Source of the DNA: Azolla caroliniana | Lineage: Eukaryota > Plantae > Polypodiophyta | Reading direction: 5' to 3' | DNA: 64,000 nucleotides | Assembly: GCA_043228905.1 (NCBI GenBank) | Contig: JBHGNT010000016.1 | Coordinates: 17,794,001 to 17,858,000, forward strand | In this document: one piece after another, positions 54,874 to 64,000 of the stretch | Layout: every line of letters starts with the position of its first letter | Position numbering within the stretch: position 1 is the stretch's first letter | Position numbers and translations under genes: made by a program | Notes under the pieces: generated by a model | Told to the model about the DNA's origin: nothing | Databases searched by the model: none | Seen by the model: only the letters and a program-made list of their open reading frames with translations

Positions 54874-56952
54874 TTATATTATTTTTACTTTCTCACGTAG
54901 TGTACGAAATACACTACGACACTCGCCCCCTCCGAACCCGCACATCCTCCGGTATGTGCCGAAGTTGCCGATGCTCGTTGTCTCCCCTTCATCCTCCGTT
55001 TGTCCCGCTATGTCAACTTTGTCTCTCCATTTTGAGTAGACCCATTCTTTCCACCCGAACCATTGTCGCCATTCGATCCACCATATTCTTTGTTCTCTCT
55101 CGTCATATTCTTGGCCCTTGTCATTCGTGGTAGTGTCTTTTACTGGCCTCTTTCTTGTCTTCATCAACCTTGACTTTTTTCCGGATCGCTCTCGTCCGAT
55201 CAACTTTCGGTTTGATCGGCTTCCGATCGGATTCGTATTCGGCCGAATCGGAATCGGTTGTTCGGTTTCGATTGAGTCGGTCTCCTTCCGGCTCGGTTTC
55301 GATCTATCAGTTTCGGTTTCGGTTGGCTTTCTTTTCCTCGTTTTCACCAGCCTCGACCGGTCCAACCTCCGGTTGAGTCGGATTAGCTTCTTTCCGGATC
55401 GGTCTCGTCCGATTGGCTTTCGGCTAGGTCGGCTTCCATCCATATTCGCGTTCGGCCAAGTCAGACTCAGTCGATCGGTTTTGACCGAGTCGACCCCTTT
55501 TCGGGTCGGCTTTCTTTTGGGTCGTCTTTCGACCGAATCCTCATTCGCCCGGTTCGGCTTTCGTTTGTGTCTTCTTTCGGCCGAGTTCTCTTCCTTTCAG
55601 TTCGGCTTTCTTTCGGTTCGTCTTTCGGCCGAATTCTCTTTTACCCGGTTCGGCTTTCTTTCGGATCGGAATCCCGTCCGAATCACCTTCCATCCGAACC
55701 GGCTTCCGACTTTACCTTTCTTGCCGCCACCTCCCGTCTCTCCGGTCTCACGTTGGTTCTCGGACACAACCGCCGAAGTCTCTAGAATTAGTGGGTAGGA
55801 ATCCTCGGTATTATCATCCTCTGTCATTTCAACCATAGCCTCCTTCTCGGCTATCTCTCCGTCGTATGAATCGGCTTCGACCTTTGTTTTCTCTCCACCA
55901 CCTTCCGTCTCTTCGGTCTCACGTTGCCTTTCGAACGCAACCGCCGGAGTCTCTGGAATCAGCGGTGGAGAAATCTCGATATGGCCATCCGCCATTGATT
56001 CGTCCATAGCCACCTTCGATTCGATGTCATCTTTCTTGGTGACCTCATCAATCAAGTCCTCCTTGCTCTCTTTCACTGCATCAATTATGGAAACATCAAT
56101 TATGCTTACCCCTTTTTCACCTGATGTTTCGGACACTTGTATTCCGAAATCTTCTTCTACATTTGGATTATCGGCCTTATCCTTCGCCATCGTTCTTTCA
56201 CAAGACGAGTGGGTGTCTTGTTCCACTCTTTCTCCCGTGGTACCATCATGTTGTATTTCGGCCTTCATATTGGCTTCATCGTTTTTCCTCAATCGACCAT
56301 CCTTCATGGGCCATGTCGTTGTTGACGAGATTCTCAGCTTCCTTTCATCATGTCTTCGGCATACCCTTTGGACTTCGGCCCAATTTTCGGTAAGACCATT
56401 CGTACCGTCATCGTCTTCGAGTTCGATCCCAATGTCCATCCTTTCTTTCCGATCGATCGATCTTACGAACATTAAGACTTTATCTTCTCCCACCAATCGT
56501 TGTTCCCGCTCTGAGAGTCGAGCAAAACGATGCTCGAACTCTAGGAATGCTTGTGTTGCACTTCGGTGGGTCTTCTCCGATGCCACCCATTCGTCGAATT
56601 TTCGCCGATCTTGTCCCTTTGATCTCTTGTAATCATATGCCTCTCGTAAAGCTTCTTCGAATGACCCCCATGTCGAGTTTTGTTGCCGTATCTTGTGGAT
56701 TCTCTCTTGTAGCTCATCCGTGGCCACCCGATTGAAGGATGTCACTTGCAATCCTTCCGGTATCCCACATCGTATCATCTCCGCCTTGTAGTCACGTAGA
56801 TAACGTGACACATCGTTTCCGTTGAATTGTCCGTTTCGTTGTACGAGCCGCTTTATTGCCCCCGTGATCTCCGACATCACTCGTTGTTCTTGTAGCATCC
56901 GCTCGAACATCATCATCATCGTTATGCTCATTGCCTCTTGTTGATTCTCCAT
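54874..56952 (-). CDS. NA1 Gag-N/acidic/basic/Trp-rich ORF interrupted by one TGA (55597-55599)
   Basis: ORFs 55597-56973 and 54874-55443 share a frame, and the gap between them is open. The TGA sits where the repeat has CGA/CGG. Confidence 0.65.
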
Positions 56953-58808
56953 CTCCTTGCCACCCGCCTTCACGTCGGGTTCACCAACTGTGTCGTGCCT
57001 TTCGGCTCCGGATCGTTGCGTGAGTCGGGTGGGAACCGCCGAGGTTTTGGACTAGGAGAAAGAAGAATATGAGATGAGGCTAGTAATGAATATATTATTA
57101 GAAAGATATAAGAAACTTGTGAATCCCACAAGTATAGATTATATTATTTTCGTGAATCCCACGATTATATTAATCGGTTGGTGTTTTCGGAAATATATCC
57201 AATTTCCAAATATTTCACACACCTATTACATTGTGCTCCCCATCCTTATGTAGTGATGGGAGAGACTAAGCATAGCTACATGCTTTTTTCTAATATGTTC
57301 ATACACACTAAATGTGCATGTGATGCTTTTCTAATCCTTGCTTTTATTTGCTAAATATAGTGCTCATGCACGCTAGATGTGCATGAGTCACTTTTTAGTT
57401 GCTTGCGTTTTTCTATAAAATATTCACGCACTCTAAATATACATGATTTACCTTTTAATAAAGGTAGGCGTAAATAAAGCACTTATAGTTATTAAATCTT
57501 TTTATAGAACACTAAAGATAAGGTAGCATAATGGTAAAGTTGAGGTTTATCTATGTGGAGGTACAAGGTTCGAATCTTGCCCTATGCACGTGATAAATAT
57601 CTTGATATTCTTATTTTATTTATTTATATGTAATTAAATCGGTTATATTATTTTTACTTTTTCACGTAGTGTACGAAATACACTACGACAGCGGAGATCT
57701 TGTTCAGATCGACCGCTATTCCCTCCTTGCTGACTATATGGCCTAGGAGAGTCCCGCTGGTCACGCCGAAGGCACATTTCGTGGAATTCAGGCTTAAGCA
57801 TGCGGTGCGGCAACGTTGCAAGCACAGATGTAGATGCGTAAAATGGTCGGTTTTTTTCCCATATACCGCAAAATCATCTAAAAAAACTTGCATGAACACC
57901 GGAATATATTCCCCAAAGATCTCCGTGATTGTCTGTTGAAATGTTGTCGGTGCCGTTTTTAGGCCGAACATCATGACGACTGCCACATAGACTCCCTAGT
58001 CCGTGACAAATGTCGACTTCTCTTGGTCATCGGGATGCATGCGTTGTCGTAGTGTATTTTGTACACTACGTGAAAAACGTATATAGTATTAGATTCAAAA
58101 AAAAATGAAGAAATAGAAGAAAATAGCAAAATAAATGGAACATGCATAGGGCAAGATTCAAACCTTGCACCTCCATGTTAATAATGTAATGTCTTACCAT
58201 TACACTAGCATTTCATTAGTGTTAAAGCATAGATGTCCCACATAGAAAGGTAAATTCACGCTAGGATAAACATTAGAAAAACGCATAACAAAAGAAAAAG
58301 CTACACATACACATCTAGCGTGCATGATAAAAAACGCACAAGTTAGAAAAAGCATGATCACTTTAGATAAAGCATATAGTCTATCTATAGGAAAAGCATG
58401 GGGTCTATAGTTAGAGAAAAAGCATGGATTACTAAGACTTCCTCATCACTACATAAGGATGGGAAGCACAATGTAATTGTGTGTGAAAAATATTTGGAAA
58501 CTAGATATGTTTCTAAAAAACACCAATTAATAAACTATACTCGTGGGATTCACGAGAATTCTATATCATTCTCTTTCAACCGAAGTTTATATTCTTATAT
58601 TCATATTGATTAATCTAATACAATACACTCGTGGGATTCACGAGTTTGCTATAACTCTTTCTTACAACATATTTATATTCTTATTAGCCTTAAAACTCTC
58701 CTCTTCCTAGTCCAAAACCCCAGCGGTTCCCACCCGACTCACGCAACGATCCGGAGCCGAAAGGCACGACACAGTTGGTGAACCCGACGTGAAGGCGGGT
58801 GGCAAGGA

Positions 58809-60839
58809 GATGGAGAATCAACAAGAGGCGATGAACATGATGATAATGATGTTCGAGCGGATGCTACAAGAACAACGAGCAATGTCGGAGATCACGGGGG
58901 CAGTAAAGCGGCTCGTACAACGAAACGGGGAATTCAACGGTAAGGGTGTGTCACGCTACCTACGTGAATATAAGGCGGAGATGATGCAATATCGGATACC
59001 AGAAGGATTGCAAGTGATATCCTTTAGTCGGGTGGCCTCGGACGAACTACAAGAGAGAATCCACAAGATACAACAACAAAACTCGACATGGGAGTCCTTT
59101 GAAGAAGCTTTACGGGAGGCATATGACTATGAGAGATGGACGGGACGAGATTGACGAGAATTCAACGAATGGGTGGCGTCGGAGAAGACTCACCGAAGTG
59201 CAACGCAAGCGTTCCTAGAGTTCGAGCATCGTTTTGCTCGACTCTCGGAGCGGGAACGAAGATTGGTGGGAGAAGATAAAGTCTTAATGTTCGTAAGATC
59301 GATCGATCGGAAAGAAAGGATGGACATTGGGATCGAACTTGAAGATGATGACGGTGCGAAAGGCCTTACCGAGGATTGGGCCAAAGTCGAAAGGGTATGC
59401 CGAAGACATGATGAAAGGAAGCTGAGAATCTCGTCAACAACGACATGGCCCATGAAGGATGGTCGATTGAGGAAAAACGATGAAGCCAATATGAAGGCCG
59501 AAATACAACATGATGGTACCACGGGAGAAAGAGTGGAACAAGACACCCACTCGTCTTGTGAAAGAACGATGGCGAAGGATAAGGCCGATAATTCAAGTGT
59601 AGAAGGAAATTTCGGGATACAAGTGCCCGAGACATCGGGTCAAAAAGGGGTAAGCATAATAGATGTTTGCATAATTGATGCAGATAAAGAGTGTGAAGCG
59701 GATGTGATTAAGGAGGTAGCCACAAAAGACGAAATCGAATCGGAGGTGGCTATGGACGAATCAATGGCGGATTGCCATATCGAGACTTCCCCACCACTGA
59801 TTCCAGAGACTCCGGCAGTTGCGATCGAAAGGCAACGTGAGACCGAAGAGACGGAAGGTGGCGGAGAGAAAACGAATGTCGAAGCCGACGAATACGATGA
59901 AGAGATAGCCGAGAAGAATGCTAAGGGTGAAACTACGAAAGAAGGTAATACCGAGGATTCATGCCAACAATATCTAGAGACTTCGGCGGTTGTGTCCGAG
60001 AACCAACGTGAGACCGGAGAGACGGGAGATGGCGGCGAGGAAGGTAAAGTCGGAAGTCGGTTCGGATGGAAAATGATCCATCCGAAATTCCAATCTAAAA
60101 GAAAGTGCGACAATGCGGAGGTCGGGTCTACGACGGGAGAAGCGCGTAATACAGAGCATGCTCTACGGCGAATAAAGAAACGCGTGTTATGGCGAATAAA
60201 GAAGCACGCGCTACGGCGAGAAAAGAAGCATGCATTACAACCACACGAGGACCGAACAACGAGCACATATCGGAGGACCTACGTGGCGAACAACGGAAAG
60301 AAGTGCCGAAAGTCGAACGGACAAGGCAGATGAAAACGAAGAAAAGAAAGCAAATCCGGACGAAAAGAAAAGAAAAGAAACCGACCCGAAAGAGCACTGA
60401 ATCGGTAAAAACCGATCGACCGAGTCCGGATCGACCGAATACAAATCGGAAAGGAAGCCGAACTAAACGAAAGACGATCCGACGAGACCGAATCGGAAGT
60501 AAGCTAATCCGACTAAACCGAAAATCCGAAAAGAAGTCGAGATTGATGAAGAAAAGAAAGAGGGCAAGAAAAGATATTACCGCGGATCACAAGGACCAAG
60601 CGGGCCATGCAAAAAGCGAACGAAGACTATGGGGGATCGGATGTCGACAATGGTTCGGGTGGAAAGAATGGATGTGCTCCAAATGGAGAGACAAAGTCAA
60701 CATAACAAGAGAAGTCGAGGGTACTACGAGCCGGCAACGAAACCAATCGGGTAGAGACCGGACGGAGGAGACTAACAAACACCAACAACTTCGGCACATA
60801 CCGGAGGATGTGCGGGTTTGGAGGGGGCGAGTGTCGTAG
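58809..60839 (+). pseudogene. NA2 Gag-derived ORF (stop at 59152-59154, frameshift near 60190-60330)
   Basis: Pieces 58789-59154, 59173-60333 and 60189-60839 align to the NA1 ORF, including WFGWKEW..SKWRDKV. Confidence 0.7.
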
Positions 60840-60927
60840 TGTATTTTGTACACTACGTGAAAAACGTATATAGTATTAGATTCAAAAAAAAATGAAGAAA
60901 TAGAAGAAAATAGCAAAATAAATGGAA

Positions 60928-61002
60928 CATGCATAGGGCAAGATTCGAACCTTGCACCTCCATGTTAATAATGTAATGTCTTACCATTACACTAGCATTT
61001 CA
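60928..61002 (-). promoter_or_regulatory. tRNA-like cassette in NA2 LTR (second copy ~58141-58215)
   Basis: GCTAGTGTAATGGTAAG...GGAGGT-GCAAG-GTTCGAAT-CTTGC, T-runs downstream. Confidence 0.7.
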
Positions 61003-64000
61003 TTAGTGTTAAAGCATAGATGTCCCACATAGAAAGGTAAATTCACGCTAGGATAAACATTAGAAAAACGCATAACAAAAGAAAAAGCTACACATACACA
61101 TCTAGCGTGCATGATAAAAAACGCACAAGTTAGAAAAAGCATGATCACTTTAGATAAAGCATATAGTCTATCTATAGGAAAAGCATGGGGTCTATAGTTA
61201 GAGAAAAAGCATGGATTACTAAGACTTCCTCATCACTACATAAGGATGGGAAGCACAATGTAATTGTGTGTGAAAAATATTTGGAAACTAGATATGTTTC
61301 TAAAAAACACCAATTAATAAACTATACTCGTGGGATTCACGAGAATTCTATATCATTCTCTTTCAACCGAAGTTTATATTCTTATATTCATATTGATTAA
61401 TCTAATACAATACACTCGTGGGATTCACGAGTTTGCTATAACTCTTTCTTACAACATATTTATATTCTTATTAGCCTTAAAACTCTCCTCTTCCTAGTCC
61501 AAAACCCCAGCGGTTCCCACCCGACTCACGCAACGATCCGGAGCCGAAAGGCACGACAGCGTACCTGGTTATAGCCACTGAAACCATCTAAAAAACTGTA
61601 CATGTTATATCTTGCGACGGTGTCCAGTATGCTATCGGTGAATGGTAATAGGAATGCGTCTGTAATGGTTACGACGTTTAATTTTCGGCAATCCAGGCAT
61701 ACTTGTATTTTGTCGTTTTTCTTTGGAACGACTACTATCAGACTTAACCATGTGGCTTGTTTAACTGGCCATATAAATCCCGCCTTTAGGAGTTTGTCAA
61801 TTTCTTCTTTTACCGGGGTCGCATAGTTCGGGTTCATGCGGTAGCGGCGCTGCTGTACCGATTTTGCGTTGGTCGCTAAATTGATCTTATGTTGATAGAA
61901 CTTCAGATCTAACCCCTTCATGTCCTCATGAGCCCAGGCGAACACATCTTTATATTTCTTGAGTAGTTCGATCATCGCGTCTCTCTGGTCCGGCCTTAAT
62001 TCATTTGCGATGGAGAGAAAACGGGGTTTTGACACCGTACCCACGTTTACTTCTTCCAAGGCGGAGGCGGTTACTTGTTGTGAAATTTCCATTTCCCTCT
62101 AGAATGTTGCGCGTGCTCTGCTTAGTTCCAAGATTGACTCCAGGTTTGGTTCGTAAGTTTCGTTGTGGAGAGTAGTGGCCGTGGCATATTCTGTTGTGGT
62201 TGCGATGACGTCAATTTTGAACAACGGAATAATCCGAGGGTGCTCGTCTAGGTATGCCTCTAATTCTGCATCATCCACCCTGACCAACATATTTATATCT
62301 TCCGCGTACAATGGTGTTATACCCTTGGATTGTGTCGCAAACCTTGGTGCGTCCGTGTCAGAAACTGATACACTTGTGTTGCCAGCTCTGCTTGATATTC
62401 GTTGCACGAAGCCACGGTCTGCCCAACAGCATAGGGTATGCCCCTGGGGCGTCTAGGGCGAGGACTACCGCCGAGATGTCGAAGCGATATCCTCCCACAA
62501 TAATGTCGACCTTGCGTATCAACCCCAATGGTCGTACTGAGCGGGTATCTGCCATACGGAGCCAGAACGGGCAAGCCTCCCATTCTGAAATACCTAACTG
62601 CTCGCATGTTTTCGCACTAATTACATTAACGCCCGAGCCGCCATCGATTACGCATCCTGGGATTTCCTGACCGTGTAATATCAATGTAATCGTCGGGTTG
62701 TGGTGATCCACTACAGACGGTCCGTCGCTAATGTCCGTGAGATTCGTAGCGACCCTCACCCCGGGTATGCCTGTCACCCGTTCCTCCATGGTCTGGCGGA
62801 AGCGTGGGACTAGTTGCAGCAACTTCTCCATGGTTAATGTTATCTCGCAGCCCGCCAGTGCTTGCCAAATGGGGTCTGGGGCCGGTCCTTCGTCCTCCAC
62901 TAGCCCCATTATTTTCGCGGACTCCTTCTACATGCGTTCCGTATTTGTCACGTTTGCTTTTTCAACCCATGCCTGGGCTTGTCGTCGTATCTCATCTTGC
63001 GCGGCCCAATCAACCGTTTTCGTTTGCTGGCGTGTCGTGACTTGCTGCACTTCCACCATAATCGTATTGACGACGGGCCCCTTGCCCTTGCGTACTGGGG
63101 ATTGCGTGGCATAATGTCCGGGCTGCTGACAAACAAAACAATGGATGCTCGATTCGCCCTTCTCGGTGCTTGGTGGTGCGTGCCTGACTTGCTCCTCACG
63201 GTCTGGCCTTGTTTGTCGGAGCGTATGCAGTGGTTGCTGTTGGCCCCGGCGTGGTTCTTGGTGCCGCTCTTCATCCGTGCTTTCATCATATCGCTAGTGG
63301 TCCCGATATTGTCGCTGCTTTCCACGAGATCCATTGAAGTTGCCACGTTTGTTTGTCGGCCAATGATTCTCATAGCGTCGGCCCCCTTTAGCATATCGAG
63401 GGGGACCATGGTAGTCCTCATCCTCTGGCTCGTCTTCCTCGGAATCGTTGTGATTCCGGTGATTCCGGTAGTGTTGGTCATCATGTGGGTTGCGATCCAT
63501 ATACCGTGGTCGTTCTTCTTGCCTCCTTTGTTCAGGACAACGTGGGGGACGTTGTGTGTCCATGTTGCGTACTGTGGGAGTGGCTTTGTTCCGCATATTG
63601 TATTCGCATTGTCTGACTATGTGAGCCTTCAAGTGACAGATTGGGCAGTTGATTCGCATGTTGCACTCCATTGCGGAATGCCCCGAGTTTAAGAAAATCG
63701 TGCACTGGATTACTTGATGAAACTGTCGTTCCTCGTCCTGAGGTAATGCTTGTCGTAATGAGGACATAGAAAACCTTTCCTTTTCGTCGTCCAGCTCAGG
63801 TTGTAACGCTCGTTCGATGACCATGTCCGTTGTCTCCCCTTTCACGCTATTGTTGTTGAGCGTTGGCCGTATGGTTCGACGTAATGCCGCCAGAAATGTC
63901 TCCCAAGCCTCGTCCTCTGTGGGGCCCCGTTCTAGTTTCCGCCGTAAATTTTGGAAACGTAAGCTGAAGTCTGCGATCGTCTCGGTCGACAGCTGCTTAA

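Larger units (their letters stand above)
54222..57690 (-). mobile_element. Non-autonomous Gag-only LTR element NA1; LTRs 54222-54921 and 56991-57690
   Basis: 700-bp LTRs (2 differences seen), GCGG TSD, Trp PBS, same PPT as A; no PR/RT/RH/IN. Confidence 0.93.
58045..61558 (+). mobile_element. Non-autonomous Gag-only LTR element NA2; LTRs 58045-58771 and 60832-61558
   Basis: 727-bp LTRs (1 difference seen), GCGT TSD, PBS TGGTGAACCCGACGTGAA 58776-58793, PPT; internal region homologous to NA1. Confidence 0.93.
52096..64000 (-). mobile_element. Gypsy element D (degenerate host, runs off window); pieces 52096-54221, 57691-58044, 61559-64000
   Basis: gag with CPICHLKAH, PR VIDGGSGVN, RT LDGFSGYNQ and FLDD, RH VDASD, IN WGLDFVGP. 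Frames rejoin across both insertions (NKISAITQAK; YNQVRMHPDD). Confidence 0.9.

Noticed and set aside
55118-56632. Long antisense Ser/Phe/Arg-rich ORFs (also 59640-60266)
   Set aside because: Shadows of the low-complexity sense ORF.

Overview
AT-rich land-plant genomic DNA; the TE protein style suggests a seed-free plant such as a fern or bryophyte (inference). 1-19 kb holds two intact spliced genes, a DUF630/DUF632 (NRG2/APSR1/REL2-family) gene and an ERD2-related (ERP) gene, plus three hAT-type MITEs. A decaying tandem array of tRNA-Lys(UUU) copies sits at ~20-21.3 kb. From 21.35 kb to the end is a nested LTR-retrotransposon block: four Copia elements, a host Gypsy, and five insertions of one tRNA-Trp-primed Gypsy lineage (two full-length-type copies, a solo LTR, two Gag-only elements). 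The most unusual signals belong to that lineage. Every LTR carries an antisense tRNA-like (A-box/B-box/T-hairpin) cassette in U3. Every readable TSD is 4 bp with a central CpG. A slippery site plus H-type pseudoknot lies after the protease. Twin GGAUU stem-loops and a PAS-like motif lie in R/U5. The young non-autonomous copies encode a Gag-acidic-basic-Trp-rich ORF. All calls are by eye; no database searches were run.
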